Assembly: GCA_965200875.1 (NCBI GenBank)
Contig: OZ241456.1
Coordinates: 1,664,001 to 1,728,000, forward strand
DNA: 64,000 nt
Origin: Bdellovibrionales bacterium
Lineage (GTDB): Bacteria > Bdellovibrionota > Bdellovibrionia > Bdellovibrionales > UBA1609
Direction: 5' to 3'
Shown: piece by piece, positions 8,900 through 18,488 of the stretch
Numbering within the stretch: position 1 is the stretch's first letter
How the letters are laid out: each line of letters begins with the position of its first letter
The notes under the pieces: generated by a model
The model's input: only the letters and a program-made list of their open reading frames with translations
The model's database searches: none
What the model was told of the DNA's origin: nothing
Program-made: the position numbers and the translations under genes

Positions 8900-10849
8900 T
8901 CATTCAGACAGGTAAGTGTAACTAGACAAAGCCTGAGAATAATTTTTTAACAACTTTCCAGCTTCTTCTCTGGAAAGCCTTTCACTCAAAACCGCTGACT
9001 CAGTTTTTTGATGGATTTTTTCCATCAAATCCCGTTTATGATACCCTACATACTTAAGCATGTCATATACAGAATCCCCTTCCACATGATGATCCACTGA
9101 GTAATTGCCATTTTTGCTTATAGACACATGAATGGCGTCCGTATCTCCAAACAAATTGTGCATATCCCCTAAAATTTCCTGATAAGCACCAGTCAAAAAA
9201 GTCGCCATATAGTAAGGTTCTCCTTTTTTGAGAGAATGTACCATCAAATGTTTTTCATTCTTCCACAAGTTATAATTCATAAAATGGGCGATTTTCCCGT
9301 CTGAATCACAGGTCAAATCCGCCAAACTGGCTCTTCTGGCAGGTTTTTCATTGAGGCGATGAATGGGCATAACAGGAAATAAATGGCCTAAAGCCCAGGA
9401 ATCCGGCAAACTTTGGAACACGGAAAAATTGGAAAAATAAATATCAGATAGCTCATCCGTTAAAGCCTGAAAAATTTCCTCGTAATCCTCTTTGCCTTCC
9501 GTCAAATTTTTGAGACTGCTTGCGGCCAGAGAATAAATATTTTCTGCAAGCGCGGCCTCTTTCAGATTTAATACGCCATAGATGAAAAGCTGATGAATAT
9601 CTTTCTTTTTTTCTATCAGATCATTAAAGGATTCACTGACTGGATTTTTTTTCAAACCTTTATAGATTTCGTAAAGATCTTTTATGAAAGCATGGGTCGA
9701 AGGCTCAATCTGAAACTGGCCCTGATCCGGCGTATATGCTTTGTCTGTATTTAAAAAATCCGGGGGCTGATTTTTCTCGATTAAATTGGCACCCATCACA
9801 TTAAAAACCAGTAAAGAACTGTGAGCCACCAGAAACCGGCCTGACTCAGAAATAATATTCGGATGAGGAATGTTTTTTTCATCACAAATACTTTGGAGAT
9901 GATAAATAATGTCATTTACATATTCCTGCGCGCTGTAATTGGTGGAGGAATGAGACTGTCCAGAACCATCATAGTCCACTCCTAACCCCCCTCCCACATC
10001 CATATATTCCACTTTCGCGCCAAAATTATATATCTCTGTCATAATGCGGGCAGATTCACGAATAGCGGATTTAATGGGATGAATGGAAGGCACTTGAGAG
10101 CCAATATGAAAATGCAGTAATTTTAAATTTTCGAGGGAAGAATATTCCTTCAGGATTTCAAGCCCTTGCACGATTTCACTGGCTGTGAGACCAAACTTGG
10201 ATTTAAAGCCTGAGCTTTCCATCCATTTTCCATTTCCCTGTGTGTTCAATTTGATCCTGAAGCCAATATCAGGTTTTACCTTCAAAGTTTTTGCAACTTT
10301 TAAAATAATATGTAATTCCGCAAGTCTTTCCACCACGATAAAAACCCGCATACCAGCTTTTAAAGCCAGCATGGCTGTTTGAATATACTCTGCATCTTTA
10401 AAACCGTTGCATACAATGATCCGGGCAGGTTCTTCTAAAAGAGCAAGAGCAATCAGCAATTCTGGTTTGCTTCCCACTTCCAAGCCAAATCCGTAATTGC
10501 CCCCCGATTTGATAATATCCCTGATAACATAACTTTGTTGGTTAACTTTAAGGGGAAAAACACCTTGGTACCGGCCACGATAATCGTATTCCTTAATGGT
10601 CTGATTAAAACAGGTAACAAGTTTTTTCATCTGGGAATGAATAATATCTGGGAAACGAATCAGCACTGGCAAACGAATATTTTGTCTGCCAAGATCTGTG
10701 ATAATTTTATACAGATCCAAATGAGGACCGCTTGCCCCCTGAGGAGTAATTTCAATATGGCCTTTGTCATTGAGGGTGAAAAAATCCGCTCCCCAGACAT
10801 TTACTCCGTAGGCTTTGGAGCTATCCTCTATGGTCCATTTTTGTTTCAA
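8900..10849 (-). CDS. speA: Biosynthetic arginine decarboxylase
   Basis: FPLKVNQ, GLEVGSKPE, HFHIGSQ, SESGR, DLTCDSDG, GAYQEILG; start moved to TTG at 10849 behind GGAGG. Confidence 0.96.
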   Translation of the reverse strand: MKQKWTIEDSSKAYGVNVWGADFFTLNDKGHIEITPQGASGPHLDLYKIITDLGRQNIRLPVLIRFPDIIHSQMKKLVTCFNQTIKEYDYRGRYQGVFPLKVNQQSYVIRDIIKSGGNYGFGLEVGSKPELLIALALLEEPARIIVCNGFKDAEYIQTAMLALKAGMRVFIVVERLAELHIILKVAKTLKVKPDIGFRIKLNTQGNGKWMESSGFKSKFGLTASEIVQGLEILKEYSSLENLKLLHFHIGSQVPSIHPIKSAIRESARIMTEIYNFGAKVEYMDVGGGLGVDYDGSGQSHSSTNYSAQEYVNDIIYHLQSICDEKNIPHPNIISESGRFLVAHSSLLVFNVMGANLIEKNQPPDFLNTDKAYTPDQGQFQIEPSTHAFIKDLYEIYKGLKKNPVSESFNDLIEKKKDIHQLFIYGVLNLKEAALAENIYSLAASSLKNLTEGKEDYEEIFQALTDELSDIYFSNFSVFQSLPDSWALGHLFPVMPIHRLNEKPARRASLADLTCDSDGKIAHFMNYNLWKNEKHLMVHSLKKGEPYYMATFLTGAYQEILGDMHNLFGDTDAIHVSISKNGNYSVDHHVEGDSVYDMLKYVGYHKRDLMEKIHQKTESAVLSERLSREEAGKLLKNYSQALSSYTYLSE

Positions 10850-10968
10850 AAGAAGCCTCCCATACCTTGTCCTCCATGAAAAATTTTGTTTAATCGCCTC
10901 AAAATAACATACTTTTTCACAGGCCACTGTTTAGTGGTGTAGTATAATGAATAATAGGAAAAATCAAA

Positions 10969-11991
10969 ATGAAAAAAAACTTAAACCTATTTGGACATAC
11001 ATCTTCTGCTTATGACAAAGCAGAGCTGGTTTTATTGGCTGTTCCCTGGTCTGCCACAGCTTCCTTTGGCGGAGGAGCGGAAAAAGGGCCGGAGATGATT
11101 GCCTATGCCTCTTCACAAATGGATTTTTTCTCAAAAGAGTGGGGAGATATAAGGGATAAGAATATTTGTTTTCTCTCCTCCCCGGATTTTTTGAAAACAC
11201 TCAACCAACAAACCCGAAAGAAAGCTCTGCCGATTATTAAGTTGGAGGAGAAAGCACCGGGGGATTTTCCCAAAAAACTTCTGGAAGAGATTAATCAAGC
11301 TTGCTCCCAAATGGTCCATTGGGTGTATGAGGAGACAAAAAATATTCATTCTGCGGGTAAAAAAATTGGCCTAGTGGGGGGGGATCACTCCACTTCTGAG
11401 GGAGCCATTCGATACTTCAGTGAGATATACCAGGGAGATTTTGGGATTTTACATATTGATGCTCATGCGGATTTGCGAAAAAGCTATCAGGGATTTTCGT
11501 ACTCCCACGCCAGTGTAATGTATAATGTGATTCACCAGCCCTGCCCACCGGATTTGTTGGTTCAGGTGGGGGTTAGGGATTACTCTGAAGAGGAATACAC
11601 ACTTATACGGCAAAAGGAGACTCCTCGTTCCCGAATAACCCGCTTAAAAACTTTTTTTGATTCAGACATAAAGACCGCTCTTTTTGAAGGGAACACATGG
11701 AAATCCCTGGTGGACTCCATCATCCAACCCTTGCCTCAAAAAGTGTATATTTCCCTAGATGTGGATGGATTAAAGCCTTATCTTTTTCCCCATACGGGCA
11801 CTCCCGTACCAGGAGGTTTGAGTTTTGAGCAAACAGAGTATTTGCTTAACCGGCTGACTAAGCAAAATCGCCAAATCATAGGGTTTGACTTAGTGGAAAC
11901 CGCCCATCCTGAAGACGAAAAAATGGCTTTATGGGACGCTCAAGTCGGTGCGCGACTTTTGGTTTCCCTTTTACGAACTTTGTTTGATTAA
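10969..11991 (+). CDS. speB: Agmatinase family protein
   Basis: GGDHS, DAHADLR, SLDVDG, TGTPVPGG; divergent from speA. Confidence 0.9.
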   Translation: MKKNLNLFGHTSSAYDKAELVLLAVPWSATASFGGGAEKGPEMIAYASSQMDFFSKEWGDIRDKNICFLSSPDFLKTLNQQTRKKALPIIKLEEKAPGDFPKKLLEEINQACSQMVHWVYEETKNIHSAGKKIGLVGGDHSTSEGAIRYFSEIYQGDFGILHIDAHADLRKSYQGFSYSHASVMYNVIHQPCPPDLLVQVGVRDYSEEEYTLIRQKETPRSRITRLKTFFDSDIKTALFEGNTWKSLVDSIIQPLPQKVYISLDVDGLKPYLFPHTGTPVPGGLSFEQTEYLLNRLTKQNRQIIGFDLVETAHPEDEKMALWDAQVGARLLVSLLRTLFD

Positions 11992-12365
11992 CGGGCATAT
12001 TTTTTGTGCATGCTCTCTCGAATTTCCGCACCTTCTATACTGAGAGAAGTCCAGGGAAGAGCCATTAAACGCTCTGATTCAATCATTTCACCGGTTTCCT
12101 CGCAGATCCCATAGCAACCCTGCTCAATACGCGCCAAAGCCATTTCCACAGCCATTAAGCGGTGATTGATTCTTTCGTTCCGATTGAGAAACTCTTTTTC
12201 TTCCATAAGTCGCACTGTTTGATCTGCTTCATCTCCTGTATGGCCCTCGGAAAACACCATATCATTTCGAGCTTCATGAACTTGATTCAGAAGATCTGTT
12301 TTTGTTTTCAACAGCTTTCGCTTACACTTTGTAATTATTTCTTTGGAAATTTCTTTTGATATCAT
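11988..12365 (-). CDS. DksA/TraR family transcription factor
   Basis: DEAD coiled-coil tip and YGICEETGE..ERL.A.P; only one Cys (non-zinc type). Confidence 0.88.
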   Translation of the reverse strand: MISKEISKEIITKCKRKLLKTKTDLLNQVHEARNDMVFSEGHTGDEADQTVRLMEEKEFLNRNERINHRLMAVEMALARIEQGCYGICEETGEMIESERLMALPWTSLSIEGAEIRESMHKKYAR

Positions 12366-12599
12366 AAACCCCTCCTTGGTTAGTAGGTCTGCTTCATCCT
12401 GAAGGTATCTGATAGGTTATCTATATATAACGATACTCTGGCAAGAAAAATTTATAATTTTTTTTTACTCAAAGGAAAAAATCGGTTTTTTTTCACTATT
12501 TCTTCAGTTTTATTTTTACTCATCGCGTTATAAAAGTTTTTTTTATATAAGCCATTAAGAAAAGCTATAGTTAAACAAATCCTTAAAAAGGGGTAAATT

Positions 12600-13547
12600 T
12601 TGACTTTTTTTCATCTTTTGGTCCTGCTTTCAGGTCTATGTGCTTTGGTAACCGGTGCTGAATTACTGGTAAAAAAAGCGGAATTGTTGGGAAAACGGTT
12701 TCGCGTAAATGCTTTTTTTATGGGCGTTATTCTTCTAGGGATGGGCACTTCCGCTCCAGAGTGGGCCGTATCTGCTTTTTCTTCCATAAACGGACTTTCG
12801 GATTTGGCCGTAGCCAATATATTTGGCTCCAATATATTCAATATTTTACTGGTACTGGCCTTGATTTTGTTTCATACCCTACATAAGGAAAAAATCCAAG
12901 TCATAAAAAAAGATATTCTGTTTCTGGTTTTAAGCGGTTTCGCTCTTATTCCCATTATGTGGGATCATTTTCTTTCCCGTTATGATGCTTTTTTCCTGAG
13001 CCTGATTTTTCTGATCTACATGGTTTTTACTGGATTCTTTGCCCGTAAAGAGAAAAAACATTATATAATGGAAAATTCTCCTGAAACCTCCCCTGAACTG
13101 ATAAAAACAACATTTTTTGTCGTCTTAAGTTTTATTCTTCTTATCGGAGGTTCTCACTTAAGTGTAAAAGGAGCCACCAGCCTGGGACAAACTATAGGTA
13201 TGTCCGAAAGACTTATCGGCATACTGATTGTGTCTGTCGGCACCAGCCTGCCGGAGCTTTTTGCCTCTCTGGCAGCCATTCTGAAAAACCAAAAAGACAT
13301 GGCCATAGGAAATATTATCGGCTCCAACATATTTAACACCTTCGCAATTTTCAGCACCGCCGGGTGGATACTACCAGCTCAGCTGGATGCCAAAATGCTT
13401 AACCTAGATCTTCCGGCATTACTACTCATACATATAGCTTTATTGCCCATTATTTTTTGCTATCAGGTGAGATGGATTCAAAAATCGCTCCCTTATATTT
13501 TTCTAAGTGGGTATATTTTATACCTCATTTTTCTTCTTGAATTTTAA
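12600..13547 (+). CDS. Calcium/sodium antiporter (YrbG-like)
   Basis: Two alpha repeats GTSAPE..GSNIFN and GTSLPE..GSNIFN. Confidence 0.92.
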   Translation: MTFFHLLVLLSGLCALVTGAELLVKKAELLGKRFRVNAFFMGVILLGMGTSAPEWAVSAFSSINGLSDLAVANIFGSNIFNILLVLALILFHTLHKEKIQVIKKDILFLVLSGFALIPIMWDHFLSRYDAFFLSLIFLIYMVFTGFFARKEKKHYIMENSPETSPELIKTTFFVVLSFILLIGGSHLSVKGATSLGQTIGMSERLIGILIVSVGTSLPELFASLAAILKNQKDMAIGNIIGSNIFNTFAIFSTAGWILPAQLDAKMLNLDLPALLLIHIALLPIIFCYQVRWIQKSLPYIFLSGYILYLIFLLEF

Positions 13548-14530
13548 TTCTCCCGAATTTTATCGATAGCAGATATAATGTTTTTTGTCAGGTCTTCAAA
13601 ATCTTTATAGCAAGCTTGAACGGCTTGATAATGCGCCCCTATAGCCCCGTCTCCTGGTTTTAGCAAAAACATGGGTTTAGTTTTCTCCTGCGCCATTGGC
13701 ATAAGGGAGCGATAGTCTTTCAGATGAGCCAACAGGAAAGGATCTTGCTTCAGGTTTGGATTTTCTTCGGTTTTTAAAACATATTTTCTGTAAGCCCCTG
13801 GCATTTTATCCATCCACTTTTGATAAGCTTTAACGGGTCGATCATGCCGGATAGAGTGTCTCATCATAATATAACCCACAGGAATCATCTTTCCCTCCGG
13901 TAAATCAAAACCAAGATCTTCCGGTTTTTTGCGTTTACGCTCCTGCCAATCTTTTCGCCATTCGTTTAAAACTGCTCCCACATTTTTCAAGCCCTGATAG
14001 GAAAACAAATCCGGCCCTAAAGGAAACACCACATAGTCGCTGGCAATAAGGATTGCCCGATTGATAGCCCCTAAGTTGGGACCCATATCAATAACCGCCC
14101 AATTTGCGGAAATTTTTTGTTTAGCACTATCAATTATCCGGCGAAAAGCCGTGGTGACACGAAAAGCGCGATCATTACCATCAAGACACTTTGGCCAAGT
14201 ATCTGAAAATTCCCCCTCCACACCAGAAAGCTTTAAATCCCCCGGCAACAAGCCCAATCTTTCAGCCGGTTTAAAAATCTCAGGGAGTTTAATGTCACCA
14301 GTACCTTTCATCAAAGGTTCTAAAGCTGAGTATATGCTTTGGTTTTTTTCCATAGTTTTTTCAAGCTTTTCTTCATCCATAAACATGCCTGTTAAGTTAG
14401 CTTGAGGATCCAAATCCACAGACAATACTGTATTTCCAAGCTCTTTCAACATCCAAGAGACATGATAAGCCAGAGAAGTTTTTCCCACTCCGCCTTTATT
14501 GTTAAAAAAAGTAATAGTTTTTATTGTCAC
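13544..14530 (-). CDS. ParA-family ATPase (orphan, no parB)
   Basis: FFNNKGGVGKT, VDLDPQANLT, IDMGPNLG. Confidence 0.88.
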   Translation of the reverse strand: MTIKTITFFNNKGGVGKTSLAYHVSWMLKELGNTVLSVDLDPQANLTGMFMDEEKLEKTMEKNQSIYSALEPLMKGTGDIKLPEIFKPAERLGLLPGDLKLSGVEGEFSDTWPKCLDGNDRAFRVTTAFRRIIDSAKQKISANWAVIDMGPNLGAINRAILIASDYVVFPLGPDLFSYQGLKNVGAVLNEWRKDWQERKRKKPEDLGFDLPEGKMIPVGYIMMRHSIRHDRPVKAYQKWMDKMPGAYRKYVLKTEENPNLKQDPFLLAHLKDYRSLMPMAQEKTKPMFLLKPGDGAIGAHYQAVQACYKDFEDLTKNIISAIDKIREN

Positions 14531-15813
14531 TTTTGTTTATGCTCCTCCGGCGGGTTTAACCACAGCCAGCACTATTGATTCTTGAACTTTGAATTTTAAT
14601 TCAGGATTGTTATTTTCCTTTAATGCTTTTCGAGCTTGAGGGATGCCAAAACCAAAACGCTCCACAAAGCCCAAGTTTTTGAACGCCTCCGCGATGGTTG
14701 GATTTCTATAAGCAGTAATGCCTTCCTCTCCGCCAAAATTATCAACATTCAGCGCGCCATAAGGTCCGCCAGGACTTTGAATCTCTATCCGATCATTAAA
14801 CCAATGTACCCTTACAGGAGTATTGCTTTTATAATCCCTGTGGATTATAGCATTTCTGACAAGCTGGCTTAAAGCTGTTATGGGATAATCAGGGGATTCA
14901 ATATGTTGCTTCTCTGAAAGTTTAAGCGACTTCGAAATATGAGCTTTTAAGATATCCTCAATTCTTGTAATTTGCTCCGGCAAAGTTCCTGAAACTTCTT
15001 TTTGATCTTTAACAGGATCTGTCAAGGTTTTCCCTGCAAACCGAACAAACTGAATATAAGCTCCGGGAAACCAATTTCTGGGGTTATTTCCTATAATCAA
15101 AATTGCGGTCATTGTGGGAATAAATTTATGATTTACCAATCTTAAAGATTGCATTTGTTTTTCTATGTTTCGGTTATTTTTTGTTAAAACCTCTCTGGAC
15201 ACTGCAGAAGGCAAATACTGTGATTTAAAATATTCCATATTCAAGTCTGCCTGAATCTCAGCACCTGAAATTTCTATCATGTCTGCTGGCAAGTTGTAAG
15301 CCTTACGCCTTTCCATTAAGCGATTTTCCTCCTCTTCTGTGGCCATTCTTACGGAAGGTCCTATGCGGATCCAGCAACGACCTTCGTATTTTAAAGGAGG
15401 ATTTTTTGAAGGCTCCACTTCCAAAACAATAACTTCACATTGTTCAAAAACCCATTTCCGAACACCCATAACCGGAAAAGGCTGTAAATTACCGTCACTT
15501 CGGATAGATGCAATATTTCTCAACATTTCATCTGTTACGGAAAGCCCCGTACATTGCCCATTATCTTCCAAGCCTATAAACATTGTTCCCACTTGCCCCG
15601 TGTTGGCTATATCATTAGAAAAAGCGCAGATAGCTTTAGCTATTTTTTTCTTATCTGATGGAGATGAACATCTTTCAACATACTCACTCTCCGCATACTG
15701 AATACGCTTTTTCAGTTCTTGTTCTGATAATTGTTTATGGTTCATTATTATTGCCCATATATAAATTTGGAAATAATATTTTTTGTCAGGTCTTCAAAAT
15801 CTTTATAGCAAGC
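13575..15813. repeat. 41-bp direct repeat (1 mismatch) bracketing the AlbA_2 + ParA-like pair
   Basis: ATAAT(G/A)TTTTTTGTCAGGTCTTCAAAATCTTTATAGCAAGC at 13575-13615 and 15773-15813. Confidence 0.9.
14537..15745 (-). CDS. AlbA_2 (Schlafen-like) domain + HATPase_c_4 (RecG C-terminal-like) protein
   Basis: ESEYVE..AICAFSN..G.MFIGLED N-terminus; NAIIHRDY, DRIEIQSPGG, RNPTIA, VERFGFG C-terminus. Confidence 0.85.
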   Translation of the reverse strand: MNHKQLSEQELKKRIQYAESEYVERCSSPSDKKKIAKAICAFSNDIANTGQVGTMFIGLEDNGQCTGLSVTDEMLRNIASIRSDGNLQPFPVMGVRKWVFEQCEVIVLEVEPSKNPPLKYEGRCWIRIGPSVRMATEEEENRLMERRKAYNLPADMIEISGAEIQADLNMEYFKSQYLPSAVSREVLTKNNRNIEKQMQSLRLVNHKFIPTMTAILIIGNNPRNWFPGAYIQFVRFAGKTLTDPVKDQKEVSGTLPEQITRIEDILKAHISKSLKLSEKQHIESPDYPITALSQLVRNAIIHRDYKSNTPVRVHWFNDRIEIQSPGGPYGALNVDNFGGEEGITAYRNPTIAEAFKNLGFVERFGFGIPQARKALKENNNPELKFKVQESIVLAVVKPAGGA

Positions 15814-15822
15814 CGGTAAAAT

Positions 15823-16659
15823 TTATGTATGACATTTACGATGAATATATTCCCCCAAAAAGGGTGACACAATAAAACCTCTTAAGATACTTAATAATAA
15901 ACCTGCTGATACCAAAATATCCTTTTGGTACTTGTTGACTTTCACCTGGTGAACAGTTGCCATTTTAAACTTCGCCCCTGCCAATTTTGTCTCGCGCAAA
16001 TCCACATTGCGTAACTTCGCACCGGTAAAATCCGCCCCTCGCAAATCCGCCTCAGTCAATCTTACATTGGTTAACTTTGCCCTTCTCAAATCCGCATTAC
16101 GCAAATGCACACAGTGCAAACTTGCACCGGTAAAATCCACCTCTCGCAAATCCGCCGATTTCACATTCGCAAGAAAAAACCTTGTCTTGGCTAAATTCGC
16201 ACCTTGCATATTCGCATATTGCAAATTCACCCAAGTAAAATCAACATTTTTGGCTATCGCTTTATAAAAATCCGCGCTTTGCAAATGCGCCTCTTGTAAT
16301 AATGCACCAGTCAAATTCGCATTGCGAAACTTTGCCCCACGCGACTTCGCCATAAACAACTTCGCACCAGTCAAATTCGCCCCGGTAAAATCCGCTCCGC
16401 GCAAAAGTGCCTCACCCAAATCCGCTTTAGTCAAATCTGCCTCGACCAAATTCGCACCAACCAAATTCGCTTCCTGCAAATTCATATTACTCAAATTCGC
16501 CCCTCGCAAATCACATCGATGCAAGCCTGGTTTATTTATATAGTCTTTATAATTCTTAAAATTACATTGCGAGGCTTTGATCATGGAAGATTCCTTTTTT
16601 GGCCTAGTAACGCAAGAACCCAAGCTTAAAAACAGTAAAACAAATAATAGAGTTTTCAT
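15823..16659 (-). CDS. Pentapeptide-repeat lipoprotein
   Basis: Lipobox LGSC; long run of A(D/N)(L/F)xx repeats. Confidence 0.9.
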   Translation of the reverse strand: MKTLLFVLLFLSLGSCVTRPKKESSMIKASQCNFKNYKDYINKPGLHRCDLRGANLSNMNLQEANLVGANLVEADLTKADLGEALLRGADFTGANLTGAKLFMAKSRGAKFRNANLTGALLQEAHLQSADFYKAIAKNVDFTWVNLQYANMQGANLAKTRFFLANVKSADLREVDFTGASLHCVHLRNADLRRAKLTNVRLTEADLRGADFTGAKLRNVDLRETKLAGAKFKMATVHQVKVNKYQKDILVSAGLLLSILRGFIVSPFLGEYIHRKCHT

Positions 16660-16725
16660 AAATTCCTTCTTTTGTTATATTCCCTTGTGATAAAATTTTT
16701 AACACATTATTATCACTGGATTTTT

Positions 16726-17223
16726 TTATAACAAACTGCGCGCCGTTTTGCCATCAATTAAAATATCTTTCACCAAAGCACGACCTTTTTTCGTAACAGA
16801 AAGAACCACTTGTTTTTCTTTCGCTGACATAAAAAGCTTTTCCAGTTTTTTTGATTGGTTCTCTGGTATGTAGTAACGATTCACATTTGCCTGAAACTCC
16901 CCTTTAGACTTGCAGTGGCCTTTTATAAAAATAGAGCAGTTTTCCGGCGGACGGAAAAGAGTAATTTTTTTTTCTGGCTCAACACATATATAAGCGACTG
17001 AAAGAGATTTTTTTTGGCTTTCAACAGCTGGACATTTTAAACCATAATTCACTTTATATAGAAGATAGTGACCAGCAATCAAATCCCGGGGATCATGTCC
17101 TTCCACGGGAAGGATAACAGTCTTGCTGGTTCTGAGATAATATTCATTCATCCCTGCCATCCCCATTAAAAAAACTAGAGGGAACACAAAAGCGAATAAA
17201 GCTCTCTTGTGATTTAAAAACAT
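16726..17223 (-). CDS. GDYXXLXY domain protein
   Basis: DPRDLIAGHYLLYKVNY, NRYYIPE; follows DUF2157 gene. Confidence 0.85.
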   Translation of the reverse strand: MFLNHKRALFAFVFPLVFLMGMAGMNEYYLRTSKTVILPVEGHDPRDLIAGHYLLYKVNYGLKCPAVESQKKSLSVAYICVEPEKKITLFRPPENCSIFIKGHCKSKGEFQANVNRYYIPENQSKKLEKLFMSAKEKQVVLSVTKKGRALVKDILIDGKTARSLL

Positions 17224-17294
17224 GTTCTTCCCTTTTTTCCAACAAATTCAACCACATCCAACAAACAATCACATAAATAACATGTTTATTCCAG

Positions 17295-18437
17295 CTATTC
17301 CAGCTGTTCCAGCCAGTGTGTAATTTTTTCTTTGTTTTTTTTCATTAACTGAATCATAGCAACAATAACAATACTCATCAAAACAAGAATAAGACCCGTC
17401 AAGGTCAAGCTTTTAAAAAGGCTTATGTAAAAAAACAAAATGCGAACAATCAGAGCAAAAACAAAAAACATAAACAAATTTATTTTTCGGAGAGTGGCAA
17501 AGAAACATGCAGAAAGTGCCAACATTAAAGAGCTGAAAATCATTAAAACCAAACTGTTTAATTTTACGGAAAAAGCGACAAAATAGAACAGAAAAAACAA
17601 AAACAGAATACAGCTTAAAAGATATTTTTGAATCTTTTTATAGCCACTGATAAAAACAGTCGCAAGGGTTATCAAGCCCAACAGGCACACCAGAAAAAAC
17701 TCAAAGGCAAAAACTTCCATCTGATTAAGAGGCGCATGAAAGAAAGTAAGGCTGATAAATCCAGTAAGAAGTGTCCATTCCTCCAATGTTCTCCTTTTAA
17801 ACACAAGTGCCGGAAAAGTTTTTATCACTTGCCGATTATGAAAAAGCATGGAGCATAAAAGAAAGAACAAAGGATGCAACAAAGCCACCTTAAAAGGCAG
17901 GTTTTTATCCCAATTATCAAAAATATCAATCATCCAGCCTATACAAGCCATATACAAACCCGCAAGCCATATATACATGGTCAAGCTCTCCCGGGAAAGT
18001 GCCATTAAACCGCAAGTGATAAAAGACCAGAAAAACAAAGCCTGATAGGATTCCCCTTTGATATTATAAATCTGTGATATCAAGCCAATTCCCGCCATAC
18101 ATACAATCATAAAAAAAATTAAAAGTGGTTCGAACCACATACGGGTCGCGGTCTTTGATTGTTGAACCTTAATCCTTAATGCGAAAAACCCCACTGAACC
18201 GAGAATAAGAAAATAACCGGTTAACTTAAAAAAAACTGGAATGGCGCGCCAGTTCGCAGCTATCAAGGCGATGATTCCCAAACCTGCCGAAAAAACAGCC
18301 ACAATAAGAAAACCATATACAATCCAAGAAGAGCCAGCGGACTTTGAAGTTTTTTCATAATCTAAAATGGCCTCACCTTGAGTTTGAGTAATCAAACCTT
18401 CAGAAAGCCATTTTTTTACTTTATTTTTTAAAAGCAT
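17295..18437 (-). CDS. DUF2157 membrane protein
   Basis: W..EGLIT..Q, LIAANW, LISQIYNI, many TM helices. Confidence 0.85.
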   Translation of the reverse strand: MLLKNKVKKWLSEGLITQTQGEAILDYEKTSKSAGSSWIVYGFLIVAVFSAGLGIIALIAANWRAIPVFFKLTGYFLILGSVGFFALRIKVQQSKTATRMWFEPLLIFFMIVCMAGIGLISQIYNIKGESYQALFFWSFITCGLMALSRESLTMYIWLAGLYMACIGWMIDIFDNWDKNLPFKVALLHPLFFLLCSMLFHNRQVIKTFPALVFKRRTLEEWTLLTGFISLTFFHAPLNQMEVFAFEFFLVCLLGLITLATVFISGYKKIQKYLLSCILFLFFLFYFVAFSVKLNSLVLMIFSSLMLALSACFFATLRKINLFMFFVFALIVRILFFYISLFKSLTLTGLILVLMSIVIVAMIQLMKKNKEKITHWLEQLE

Positions 18438-18488
18438 TTTTATACTTATTCAGTTAATTGAAATTGTCTTCCAAGGTTTCGCAAGCAA

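Noticed and set aside
13544..14530. Chromosome partition locus
   Set aside because: No parB or recognisable parS; the gene is paired with an AlbA_2 protein instead
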